Below, piece by piece: positions 35,143 through 49,350 of a stretch of DNA of 64,000 bases. Position 1 is the stretch's first letter. Every line of letters begins with the position of its first letter. This DNA comes from Blasia pusilla. Taxonomy: Eukaryota. The notes under the pieces were generated by a model, which was given only the letters and a program-made list of their open reading frames with translations, did not search any database and had not been told where the DNA came from. Position numbers and translations under genes: made by a program. Where the stretch lies: assembly GCA_050084515.1 (NCBI GenBank), contig CM114271.1:47430001-47494000 (forward strand). The letters are read 5' to 3'.

Positions 35143-38100
35143 TCCGGATTCCGGACCGAACTCATTCGCTTTACTCGGAATTCATCGTGAATGTGAACGA
35201 ACGACTGCCGTCGTTTCCATCCCACTTTTTCTTGCATTTTCTTTTTAACTTTTCTTGTATCCCCATATTCTATTCTACGTCGGTGCACATCCTATACAAC
35301 TTTTTGATAATTAATGTTGGAATCACTAGTCACATCCACGTTCCCCACCCTACCTTAGTAGTTGATCGATGGGTAATTTAAACTAAAGTTATTAGTGATT
35401 AGATTAATTTCCTCATTTCATATAGGATTTTTAAATCAAGCTAATGAAGAGGTCCTTGAAACTTAACAACACATTCTACAATAATAATATTGATTTTTAT
35501 GGTATAGAAATATTTTTCACTTGAACGGAGTAGAATGAAGAGGGGCTCTTGAAAGTCGGACAAAGTATCCTCTACATTCATTGTGCAATGGTTTTAATGG
35601 AAACCCGCATGAATTTTACGACAAACGGATCGAACCGTTTCTCCTCGGTAGAAGAAGAAGTACTCATGATAGGCATCCATTTTTCAAAACGCTCATTGTG
35701 TGTTTATGCTATAGGAGAAAGAGAAAGACTCAATCCGATAAGCTTCCAAGCCGAAAAGGTCTTGGTGGATTGGATTGAACTCATTTGGAAGAAATGATGG
35801 ATGCCATAAACTTCAACTCATGGAGAGGAAAAAAATTTGGAAATGATTCAATTCAAAATTACCCAAAAGGGACCAAGAATCTCAATAAAGTAAGAAATTC
35901 TCTCCATAAGAACTTCACCAATGATGGTACTCTAGACTATAATCAAAAAGTGAGTTTTGTGACAAGACAACATCCTCATTGAATAATATGTGGTAATCAT
36001 AAAATCATACGTGTTTGACATTTGAATGTAAGGTATGTGGACTTATAGGTGCATAATGTGTTGAGAAAGTATGTGGACACAAATAAATGAGGATCCATGC
36101 ATTGAAAAATGACCACACAAATATGATGAAAATCTCATCTTAAAACAATGAAAAATGAAACTTATTCTCCTTTTAGATTAATATTTGAACAAAATCAAGT
36201 AAAGAAAAAGTGGCAAAAAGACATGAATGGAAAGTAAAGAGATATCATAATACCATTTTTTTACTATATTGTATATAGATGTAGGTAGAGATTAAACAAA
36301 TTTTCATGAAGGGTGTGCAATATTTAATAAAACTAGGTTTTGAATCAAACATCCATATTATAAGAAATTAGCCTTCTGCCTTTCAAACCAACTAAAGGCT
36401 TCTATTTTACCATTTTACATTTACTAATGATATTTAATATTTTTTTAAAATATTAAAATGAAATTCTAGAGGAAAAAAATGATGTTCAAATATATGCATA
36501 TTGTGTGAAAAGTGTAAATTAGATAATCATAATATAAAATTTAACTATATTTGCTTTAAAACTTGAGTAAATTAAAATTAGGGTAATCTAGACTAGAATG
36601 AGTAGTAAATGGTGAATTTCATTTAAAATAAAATTCGAATCTTTTTCTCGATGGAAAAGCTATCGAATAAATGTACATTCATTCTAAAAAACACATGCTT
36701 CATGATTCATTCAAATAAAGTCATATACAAATGGATAAGGTATAATACCTTCCAAAAGCATCATAAGGGGACAATTTCCAAAGTTTATTAGCCATCCATA
36801 TCCTCGATGTCACATTTCTCAATACATATCTGTCCCAAGTTCTCTATAATAGAATTTAAACCTAGCTTTTGGTTCTGTATACATATTTTTATGTATTTAG
36901 CTTCTTTTTTTCATGGTTGCAAGAAACAAATTGGTTGGCAAAGATATATTGTTGTTTTAAGTTTGTAAGGTTAAGAAATAAAAGGAATTGCATGAACTCC
37001 ATATGCTTGTTTTATAAAATCCAAAATTTGTATGATTGTTTCTATGATGAAACTTATATCCTCCTAAAATTATTTTTCGTGATTCCTACTTGCTAATATA
37101 TCTTTTCTCTATTAAACTATTTTATTAAGTTTAATAGAGAATACTTATCCCCATAACATTGCCAAAGATTGAATTTAAGTTTCATATTCACTCTCAAGAT
37201 GTTAACCATCATCGTACTTAAACTATTTTATATAAGTGGGTTGCATATCCTTGATTTCAACACACAATCTTGAATTTAATCATCTCATATTTTTCATAAA
37301 TATTAATACAAACCTTCGGAAATAATTCCTATTTATTTAGATATAACATAGCATGCTCATAACACTATTTAGATGGATTCTCATATTTTGAAATCATCCT
37401 ATGCTATTTAAATTTATATAAAAAAATTTATGATTGAAGACCTAAACTAATTCAATTTCAAATCTAGCATATTCATTCAATATTTATGGATTATAATTTT
37501 TTCTACTAGAGAAAGATCTGCACTTCGCATGGGAGTGAAAACTCAAATTCATTTAATCACCACAATGTCCAAATTGTTCATTACGATGCACGTACAAACA
37601 TTTCCTAGCTTCTCAAATGGTATGTGTCAAATGAAGAAGTTCTTGATAAATCTAAAACTCATCTTATCTTGAAAATAAAGATACTCTTACATATGTAAGC
37701 ATACCTTTAAATGGATTATCACAGCTAAACATGTAAGCCAATTGTTTATTTTGAATCAACGTGGTTTTATTAGTTTGGATGTGATATAATGTTGAAATAT
37801 AAGAAGTAAGCGGAAAGACTTTCACTTACTTCCTAATTTTTAGGAATGACTTAACCTTTCCATATATTCCATCTACTTACATTAATGTTACACAAATAAC
37901 CTTGGAACATAACATATAAATTTTCTTAATAAGATTTTAATGAAGAAATTTATTGAGGAAAGAAAAGGTTCATTAAAAAATAACTCCTAGATTGAGGTTT
38001 TTACTAAAAAATAATGATGATAAAAATATTCTCAAACAAATCAAAAAGTAATTATTTATTTAAGATAAATAACCAATTTTCATCCCATAAAAGTATTATT

Positions 38101-38470
38101 CTATTATTTCATTCTCCGTTCATCAAAGATACTCTTTGGACAAGTATAAAAAGCCATAATATTCACTCTCTCATATAGTGAGTTGGGTTTTTTCTAAATT
38201 ATTTAATTTCATTAATTATAAATTAAAATATATTTTCAGATTATATTATAATTCAATCATTCAATCTTGGTTGCAAGAACTAGGGGTTTTTTAATAGAAA
38301 TTTTGGATTTCATCATAGCTCACTTTAATAGATATAAATATTCAAGAGAATGTAATCAAGGATTAGCTTTAAAATTTATTGCTTTCAAAAAATTTATCCA
38401 TTATTTTGATGTAAGGAATGTTTAATTATTATAAACAAGATCACTCGTAAATATTGCATACCAATGTGAA

Positions 38471-38665
38471 GCCCGTGCCATGCATGGGAGTGAATACTAA
38501 TCATGTTGCACACAAATGTGTTTTCTTGTTGCCCATAGAATAGAAAACATTTCTTATCGCCCCTAAACTAAAACTAAGAAACATTTTTTTGTTGCCCGGT
38601 TGCCACATGGCAAGTTGAGAGGTGTTTACAAATCAAGAAGACACTCTCCAATAATAATATGGATA
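38471..38665. mobile_element. Helitron-like 3' terminus on + (cccgtgc..gcatggg hairpin, then CTAA|T) abutting a partial family-A copy
   Basis: gcccgtgccatgcatgggagtgaatactaat at 38471-38501, followed by catgttgcac...ggtgtttacaaatcaagaagacactctccaataataatat. Confidence 0.5.
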
Positions 38666-40059
38666 TGATACAATATCCAATCAATCCACAAATATCAGTA
38701 ATATTAAAAGTTAGTGATCTTAAATATTCATCCTCTTTAATATACTAGAAATTTTCTTGCCCATTACTAGTATTGAATAATTATACTTAATAAAAAAATT
38801 TATCTGTCATTTATCTCATAATTATCTTTACTTTTTGATACAAACTTACTTTCCCTATATTATAAGGGCACTATAAGGTAAAAGAATATCAAAAAGGCAT
38901 GCCAAAATATCTTCTTCCTTCCTTCAACGAACGAGTGTGTCCCCTTTGGCATCTAAGACGTGGAAATGTCACAAATCCATTGATCATGGTCGGTCCATTT
39001 GCTCTCTCTATGAGTCTCCAATTGATGCAAACTTCCTCTATAAGATGGATAACAATCATGAAGCTCGATCTCATTCACATCTAAAAAATATCTCTTCCCC
39101 TCATCTCAATGTTTTAGGAGCCATAGGGAAAATGTAATAATCTTCATCCCATCATATACCAAATCGCTCGTGTTAGCCCTCAATACACTCCTCCATGATA
39201 TTCTCCTCAACGTAGTGATTGGATGATTGAATCTACCCACATATGTCACCAAAAAATAGGAGATTGACATCTATATATTGTCGATGGCGAGAGTTGTGCA
39301 CAGTAATAACATGAGGGGACAAGAGATACTACGAGAAAGTGAGGAATATATTAACCAACAATGGGAGTATATGGCACCAACTTACAGAAATAGTAAGTTG
39401 ATAGTCTTTTTCCCTGAAGACAAGGGATATTTTCGATATCACATCTCTTGTCAATCAATCTCTTGTCTACCATGAATAACCCGTTATTCGTTCCAACACC
39501 TATAGTGGATTTTCACTGTGTATCTCCTACTCCATTTCACTTCAAGAAAACTAGCAAGGATGGTAGATGGACATCCCCATGGGGTTGCATCGCACTTTAG
39601 GTAGACCTCTACTAAAACACCTATCAACTCAATCGGGTTATGTGTGCCAAGAGAAATGCAAATATCCTTACGGGTCCAAGCCTAAGGTCACATACCTTCA
39701 TTATGTAATCGCATGTCTTAAAGACTAACATGAGATGCTCGAGTGTCCAATGTTGGCAACTCGACCTTGATTTTTGGGGGAGGCAATGGTAGTGATAGCA
39801 TGGATTGTATAATCCAACATTAGAGTCTTGTCGACTAGCAAATAAATCATTGCCCACATAGTCTTCAAAGGTTGTATTGACTTATGTGTTGGAGGATGCA
39901 TTTCTAGAATCCGTATTAGAGTCACGGATCAAGGTCCACCTTGACTTGGGTTGGTGTCAAAACCCCAATGTCAATCAACCAATCTATCTCGTGCCCTAGG
40001 TTCACCCCCGTGGTTCCCAAGGAGGGGTTTAGGTTCCATACATCCTTGGAGATACTCCC

Positions 40060-40600
40060 AATCTATGTAATAATTGGCGACCACATATGCATAATACGAC
40101 AAGATGGTGGGATAATAGGACAAAATAGGAAACACTATTGAATTTTGTTACCTTAACCCCATTAGATGGGTAGAAATAGAAATAGAAATAGAAAACAAAT
40201 AGTATTTGAATGGAATATATATTAATCATTTAGTAATTATAATTGGTGATTATAAATATTAATTAAATATAATTAATATGATAAATAACCAACATTTTAG
40301 ATTTTTTACCTCAATTCATATTTGATGGAGGAAGGAGTACATATTTAATGGAGGAGTAGATTTTTTTAAAATTTTACGGAAAGATAAAATTACTTAGTGT
40401 ATTGCGATAACATTTAAATTTGAATGGAGGATTATAATTACTAAGAACAATGGAATGTTATTACTCTTCTAAGATTTTAGAAATAGAAATCATATTTAAA
40501 ATTTGAAATAAATAGCATTATCATTTTAAGAAATAATTTTATTAATTCACATGTTATATTTTAGGAAAGGAAAATGAATTTGAATGGAAACAGAAAAGTT
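40060..40600 (+). repeat. Dispersed AT-rich repeat; inverted partner at ~61885-62430
   Basis: ggaaaggaaaatgaatttgaatggaaa (~40563) pairs with tttccattcaaattcattttcctttcc (~61891). ggaatgttattactcttc pairs with gaagagtaataacattcc. cattagatgggtaga pairs with tctacccatctaatg. Boundaries are approximate. Confidence 0.75.
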
Positions 40601-42101
40601 TGAATTTGTTTGCAACATCATTAATCCTTTCACTAACAAAAGCTCTTCAAACACTTTTTTAATATATAGTTTCGGAGATCCCTACCCCTTCTCTATATCT
40701 AAGAAAGTACGTCCTCTCGGGCCGCTCCTTTTGGCCCTCGATCCAACTATTCTTTCGATAGTTTGGGGATGGTTTCTAAATCTCTACTTCAACATTTGTC
40801 TTAATTTTCACTGCATTTGAATAGGTTTCTTACAAGCTTTCTCCCACCTCCTTATTTATCCAAAATGCATCTTGGATCTAGGTATTATGACCTTAAACAT
40901 TGCATTGAGAACCCCCAAACGCCAATTTAATACCAAGCTATGCATGGATGGATGGAGATGGAGCTCTTGGAAAAATGGGAGATGGAATGCATTGGCGAAT
41001 GGGGTTGATGGTTGAAGTATAGATGGAGAAGGATTTGATAGATGTATGGAGTGTGGGGCACATGGACTGATGGGATGCATGGATGGAGTAAGAATGGACA
41101 CACAAAATTGATGGACGGAAGGATGGTGGAGGTATGGATGAAGAATCTGACACATGGTTGGATGATTTTTTTCTCATTTAATCCATATCATGAAATTACT
41201 TGCCAGATCATCAACATGACATGAAAATCATCATAGTATAACTCACTTTTTCATGCCACGTCGATAGACCATGCTAGTCATTCAAACTATATGGAATATA
41301 TGACTTGGATTTTATATCTCTACTAGTGACCAGTCATTGATGGTGATAAATGACTCATATGAATTATAGAAACTAATCAAAATTTGAGTGTACACCATTG
41401 CTCTTTATGACTCCATTGCATCTCACACTTGTAGTACAAAATTGGTTGCAAATCTCCACACTTACAATCTCAGAATTAGTCTCTTGACTCGCAAGCTAGC
41501 CGTAACTCATAAGGAGCTTTCTATAAAGTTGCAAACGAGTCGCACGTATTAGACATGCATTGGACTTGATAATCAAACACTCTTGGAAAAACAAAGGCTC
41601 ACAATGGAGCTTTCATAATCCATAGCAGTGATTGTTGGAATTTTTGGATGAGTGCATTGGATGAGAAACATACAATGACTCAAAAAAGCGCAGTATGTTG
41701 CACTCTTGAGCAAGAATCACAACCATGTTGACGCGACACAGAAATGGTCAAAGTAAATCTCGCATATTTTTTGTTAGAAGGGGTATTAGAGTTGGAATTC
41801 CACATCTTCCAAGTGATTGCCTTATGATGTCGATGATATTGGATACTCTAGAGCGAATAACATCTTTCATAATCTTGGATGAGGAGGAGATTTGGATAGA
41901 TGGAACAAAGATGTGGAATTTAGTACTCAAGGATTATAAATGAGTTATGAGAAGTCGAATTTCAAGTTATATCCTTCATTGAGCATTGTAAATCGGAATC
42001 CAATTACTAAGAGAAGAGAGGGGAATTTCATATTTTTTCCATTATACTTCATAAAAGATAACATTGTTCTCTTGGTATCTTTATAGTCCAAATTCCATGG
42101 T

Positions 42102-42104
<3 letters not shown>

Positions 42105-42154
<50 letters not shown>
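42105..42154. repeat. (AG)~25 microsatellite
   Basis: Directly visible. Confidence 0.97.
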
Positions 42155-42158
<4 letters not shown>

Positions 42159-42479
42159 TATTATCCCTAGGACCCTGACATGCTGACGGAGACTTCCACA
42201 AAAAAATGTAGAAATTACCAAATACAAAAAGTCACAAAATTTATCGAAAGTATTGCAAACTCTTCTAGATGTTGCCTGCGATAAGAGTTTCATCTCCACA
42301 CCCTCCTCCGCTAATAGCTGCCCAACTTTCACTTTCACTTCCACTCATTCCTCTGTTAGAATGGTAGTAGACTATCTTCCACCTCCACTTCCTTCTCCAA
42401 AGTAGGAAAAAATAAATCTATTTGCACTTTAATTATTCTGCAACAACACCAAGTTACCAAGAACGCATTGAGATCTCAT

Positions 42480-43265
<786 letters not shown>

Positions 43266-43734
43266 AATGAGACCATCGATCATCCAGAATGAGAGACTAT
43301 CCTCCCGGGCCTTCCCTGAGTCTTGAGACCCTGCAGCTCGTGCTGCCCACACTAGCGCGGCTGCCCCAACGGCAGTTACGGCACCTAAGTGACCTAACTT
43401 GACCTAAGGGCCATATTACCGCCCTAACGCCGTTACCCTGTAACCCTAACCCGGTTATCTCGAGTCCCCGACGCCCGGTAGCAAGGCTAAACACGCCCTG
43501 GATATACCTGGTCCTCATCAGCAATCCCCGTTGTTAAGAAAATGTATTTGGAAAGCTCCCCGAGAAATCTCAAGCCAATCTGGAAAAATTTCCGGCACAT
43601 TTATAGAAGAGGGCTGGTTTTCGACGCGTCACATTTTGCATCCGGTTCTTCTCCCGATGCCTTTGGGAGCTCCTCGGAAATTCCTAAATTTTGCCTGCAA
43701 CCTTTACAAAGGATGGCGGTACTGACCGAGCCTT

Positions 43735-44090
43735 GGTATAAGCCGTGAAGGGAAGAGATTAATGATGTTGCACATAAATTCAAATTTTTTCTTGCTGCCC
43801 GTAGCATGTGAAACAGTTTCTTGCCGCCCAATTGCCACATGTCAAGCATAGAGGTATTTGCAAATCAAGAAGACACTGTCCCATAATAATATAGATAAGG
43901 TGCTTGTGCGATGCACGCGAAATAAAAGAAAATTTTGAAAAGATAATGTATAGCACGTGAAGGGAAGAAATTAATAATATTACATGCAAATTTTCTTGAT
44001 GTAACATGTGAGACATTTTCTTGATACCAATTGCCACGTGTCAAACATGTAGGTGTTTGCAAGAAGGCAATACGATAGTATAAATATAGA
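43735..44090 (-). mobile_element. Two head-to-tail family-A Helitron-like units (junction ~43895)
   Basis: ...cccataataatataga|taaggtgcttgtgcgatgcacgcg... joins the end of one unit to the hairpin end of the next. Confidence 0.65.
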
Positions 44091-47000
44091 TTGGAAGCCG
44101 TAGAAATCATAACGTACAAAGAAGATTCATAAATTGAGTCCGTTTTGGGCCGATGATCGAGAAATTGGAAATGTAATAGTTAGAATTTGTAGTTTCAGGT
44201 TGAAATATGAAACTTTAGTCATATTCCCGGTTTTCTTTGTCAGATTTTAAGAATCCCGGACAGAAGGACGAAATTGCCGTTGGCCTTTAAAGTTCTGCTT
44301 TAAATCCTCATGAAGGGAGACTCAACTCATTTTCGTAGTTAAAATGGAAAGAACGCCCATAGAAGGTTCCAGAAAAAGTGGCGCAAGCTAGAGGGGGAGC
44401 GGAGGTCGCGAGCTTCAATCTGCGTGAAGCTGCGGAGGGACTTGAGGATTCGATGAAGGGTCTAGGGTGCGTGCGTGAAGAATCGAGCATATCTTCGTTC
44501 TTCCACATCCTCACCTAGATTTGAACCTTCGACCTCTGGCTGAACATTAATTTGCTTTCAAGCTACGATATTTGAGAGAAAGTCAATATTTTATAATTCG
44601 TCCGGAAAAGTTTGTGAGGGAGAGATTGAACTTGGGGAGGGGATTATGTAGACAGCGCGAGCATCTCTTTCTTTTGATTCGGCTTGACTTGGAACGTGCA
44701 GTGAACAATGGACAACACTCGATTATCTTTTTTAATGGCGTTGTTCCGACTGTCATAGCTGTCTGCTCTTCCTCGTACTCTCCTGGAACTTGATCCGCCG
44801 CTTTCTACCATGGGCGAAACCCAAACAACCTCTCCTTCCGAGTTTTGTAGGCGATGACAGCTTTGGAGGAAAGTAGTCCAGAAGATCTCGAAGGAATAGG
44901 CAATTTTAGGGTTTCTCGAGAGCGGAAGAAAATCTAGTGCTCACTATAAATTGGTAAGGCATCATCGATTCTGGTGCCGTGAACCTTCGATGAACGAGAC
45001 CTAGAAATGTAGGCTTCAAACAGAGCTCGTTTACTCCGCGCTGTCAGGTAAAATCAGGTTTTCGAGTCGCAACACGGTAAGAGCGTCTTCCGCGACAGCT
45101 CTACGTTGAACACTCCGAAGTTCGGCTTTGATATATCAGGAATGATTCTGGTATGTAGTGTGCATATTCTAGATGCCCGTCGAAGTCTTTTGAAATTTGA
45201 TCGACTTCCTATTCCATGGGATACTGTCAGGACTCTAACGGTCAGTGCAAGTTTAGAATCTAGTATGGAAGAAATGGAGATACGTTGCGCAGATCCTCGT
45301 TTGTTCTTCCGTCGAGGCACATAAACCGGAGATGGTGTTGAGGGAGTTACAGCTCGTCACCTACTGGAAACTGGATTTTACATGGATGCGATGCAAACTA
45401 GCAGAACTTCGAGGATGTCCGTCTATCCTTCTCGGGGGATACGTTGGCACGAAGCTTTGTGCTGCACGAGGACATCTATTTCAAAGGTTGCAAGAGACAC
45501 CTTGCGATGGTCAAGAATTATACCAGTTCACTTCATACCTTCAAGCGTTCTTTGATAGAGGAGCAACAACTTCCGGGGAATCCTTACATCTCTTCCGAAT
45601 CTAAATTGCCGCCGTCGGTACTCTATGATATTTGAGGGTGACGCGAGAGCGTATCGACGAGAGGCCTTTTGGTGGGTTCAGGTTTCATCCACAAAGATGG
45701 TGGATGCATGTCCAACTCTTGCCACACAAAGCCCACGGTCACAACTACAAGTATATGATGTAGAAATCAAGGCTTAAAGATGCCATACACGTTTGTTTAG
45801 CATAGTACTGTCAAGAACTTAGGTTCCATCTACAAGCTCGGCCCGCTGTCACCAAGTACTACGATGGTATACTCTTCACCTGCATGTCAGGACCGTGCGT
45901 ATCGCTGCTTAGGCCTGAGCTGGTTAAGAGTGGTGCACCACGAAATGACGACTTCTTGAACTCACAATGTACAGATTTGCAATCTTCACCGTCCAGCATT
46001 TCACTGGCCAACCTGCAAAGCTACAGGGCCCGCACTGGAGAAAAGTGAATTTCAGACATAGCTTGTCCTTGAAGAAAAGGAACTCTAACATTCGGCTGAA
46101 TGAGTTAGAAGACCACGGTGCAGTGGGAGTTTGCACGATAAGACGCATGTCAAGTTCAACGAGCTAGACGAATGGAGTTTTTGGGCTTCTTGACGAGAAC
46201 CTTAAGAGTAACCAGAACAACGCATGTTTGACTCGAACCGATTGATTCATAAGGTTTGGTTCCGCAAGTTGAGCTACGAACCCAAACTGGACCATCTCAT
46301 GACCACGAGTCACACGTAGAGAAACACACCGACTGACTTCAGTTATGAACACATTTATTTACATGTGGGAATGCTGTCAAATACCGACCTGTCCCGTCAC
46401 ATGCTCGGGAAACTAGTGAATGAGCTATGAACAAGTACGATTCGCCTCATAGGAAGTGCACGACAGTTCTTCAATGAATCTACAGGGACCAGACCCCAGG
46501 AATCGAGAGGATATATGCTGAGCGATGCTTTTGACGACAGCTGAAGTCCACTCCGTCAAAAGTTCTGCTTACCTCGAAAGTTGCTGTACATGTTGCCCAA
46601 AGATCATCCTTTAAGAGGTTTTTGCAGGCTGTTTCGAGGTCTCCAATTGCAGGATCTCTCGGATTGAATTGGCGATCTGCCAACTTACGGTAATACGAGA
46701 GCATTGGACGCGAGGCAAAATAAAAGCACGCTCGGACAATGAGCATATGAGGCGTGCGCGCTCCACTTATTTCCCCTTCAATTGATGCCCAGACCTCTCG
46801 GATGGATTCGATGATCGGTCATATTCTTTAGTCGTGCATCCAGGGATAGATCCATGGACCTTGCCTGTCTACACGTACCTTCCGTCGAATGCACTCTTCA
46901 AATGATCGGAATACTGGTGTTCCAATAGTGTGAAGCCGAGTTCGATTTCTGGAGGGATCCCGCACTGTGTATGGCTGACGCTGAGAGATTTGCCTTTGTG

Positions 47001-49038
47001 AACAGGTACTACGCTCTTAGGTCTCGCAGAGTTTTCCAATTTTGCATCAGCCAGTACAGTGGCGTACACCTCTCTCAAATCTCCCCTAAGCGTAGGCCCG
47101 AGATCCAAATCCAGGCCCCCGCTGAGGCTCCCCCGTCCTAAGTCCAAATTGGCGACCTTAAGCTTGCGAGGCATCCGGACTGCAAAGCGGGAGCGGCTGC
47201 TATCCAAAGGCAAACGATCGTAGCGCTTGCGTTGCACCATTCTTGTCAACCTCCTGCTCAACTGCTCGGATTTCGCGTCCTCCATCCCTATCGCTGCCGA
47301 CTCCCACCCGCTGCTGCAGTACCCGAGTCGAAGTCGATTTCCTCGCACCAAATCACACCAAATCTGAAGGTCGTGGCCCTAACTAGCTCACTACAATCTA
47401 CTCTGCGCCAAATATGTGCCCAATCAGGCGAAAGAACATGAGCTCGTCAGGGGAAGAGCGCAATATCGTCAAGATCTGAAAAGCCTGTATCGACAGAAGC
47501 GGGACACCTTGTTCCCAGCAGCAATTCTGAAGGAATAATTGGATTCAATTGAATTCAAGCTCCACAAGCAGGAACCACGCCACGCGCCAAGGAAACCCCT
47601 CGCAATCGCAAAGCCTGGACATGATTCCTCATCCCGTCAGAGATCCGAGAAATTACCAAAAATCGCTCCCTCTAGTCGCTCCCATGAAAAAAACTCCCTC
47701 TCACTCTCTAAATCTCTTCTGCTTGTATACACGAGCGGCTCCCAGCGCCAGAGTCCATATGGCCGTGAGAGAGTTGTCAAAACGTGACGCAAGATCTGTG
47801 GAACCTGCATCCTCGAAGTAACGTAAAGAGCTCAGGGAGTGAGTACCTGTAGAAACCACGGAAGTGTCTATATATGAATTTGGGTTGGTCGGTCGATCGC
47901 TCGGACTGCGTGCGCTGTCCTCAGTTGCTACCCACAGAACGTTGTCTGGACAGGCGTTCGTTGCAGCAACGGATTGACTGTCAACGTTTGGACCATCCAA
48001 ACTTTCAAAGTCGCCAATTTGCCAAACTCAGCAAACTCAGTTGCGGATAAGAGACGAAGACGGGTTTGGCGGTTCTGGCCCCTGGGGACTTCTGTCGCCT
48101 GAGCGAAGTCGGAGCCTATCAAGCACCAACAACAAAAGTTGTTACCTTCGTAAAACGAGTGATGGAAAACTCATCGGAAATACAAAATAGGGGGACTCAA
48201 AGAGTCAAAACCTGAAGGCCACAATAACACCATAAAAGGAAGAAGGGGGCATTCCCCTCCAACGAAATTCACCAACAGCATAGATAATATCAACAACAAC
48301 AAAAGAATTATGACTACTACTAAGTGGGCCTCTAGCGCCGGCATCTCCAACAACCAGCGCTGGGCTACGTGGTAAGATGATGACGGTCGTCGAATGAAAG
48401 ATTGGATGGGCAGAGGCCAAGTTTGAGAAATTCTTTGGTCAGGCTCTCCTCATCATTGGGTCCAATTCGAGAAATACGAGGCTCCTGACATTCGTCACAG
48501 TTAATAGGGAACCACGGATCCTAGATCGGACGGGCAGAGGCCTCTATAGAATAGAATCTTGCTAGTCCAAACCTGACCAGGCAGCGGCCATTCGGATGTC
48601 AATTGTTCCCATTATCATCATATTTAAATAAAGAAATAGCTCGGGGAAATAGAAACAAATTAGGGTTTTTAATAGAAAATTCATATTTTCTTCATTAATT
48701 TTCTTGAACAAATTCAGTTCTCATTGGTAAAACTCGTTTAAAATTTTTTCCATTAAAAATAATAATTCCAAAAACCATTTTAGAAAAATATTTATTTGAA
48801 GCAATGAATAACAAATGTACTCATTGAATTGAAATTATCATTATGGGAGGGGTCCTTGAAACTAACTTTACTTATGAGTCCTTTTTACCATGCTACCCTA
48901 TATTGAACAGAGTATGAGACATTGTAGTCACTCACCCATATAATAGTGAATCTATTATGGATTCCAAATTATGTTAAAGATTGAATTATTTCCTCTTTAT
49001 TTTAGATGACTCAAGATATTTCTTCAGATCTTAGATAA

Positions 49039-49102
49039 CTAGTAAGGTGCCCGTGCGATGCATAGGAAATAAAAAAAATGTTTGAAGAACTACTGTATAG
49101 CA
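49039..49102 (-). mobile_element. Hairpin/CTAG end of a family-A Helitron-like copy, split by the LTR retrotransposon; remainder at 59966-60119
   Basis: actagtaaggtgcccgtgcgatgcatagg...gaagaactactgtatagca. The consensus continuation (agc.cgtgaa...ttaatgatgttgcac) resumes at 59966. Confidence 0.7.
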
Positions 49103-49350
49103 TGTCATGACTGTTAGGATAGATCGGTGGGATCTAGTAGAGCGTCTGCACGAGTAGTGGAGGACATGTCCAGGAGGTCGAGGATGACCTGTTGAGGCCC
49201 TGGGAAACGTGAGAGAGCAGGTTTTCCCTTCGTTTCGGCTCATTTGGAGCCATATAGAGAAACTTACTATTTTGGGTAAGTTTCCATGTTGGGGATGATT
49301 GACTTTCCACTTTGGGAAGTGGCCCTTGACCCGCTACAACAGGTCAAGAG

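Noticed and set aside
39560-39870. Minus-strand DLFASRQ and CDATPWG strings reminiscent of DIRS methyltransferase and RNase H motifs
   Set aside because: The matches are short, the order is wrong for DIRS, and the flanks give no support. A profile search would be needed.
45825-45880. Minus-strand EEYTIVVLGDSG resembling a small-GTPase P-loop start
   Set aside because: No GKS/T follows and a stop comes immediately, so it is probably chance.
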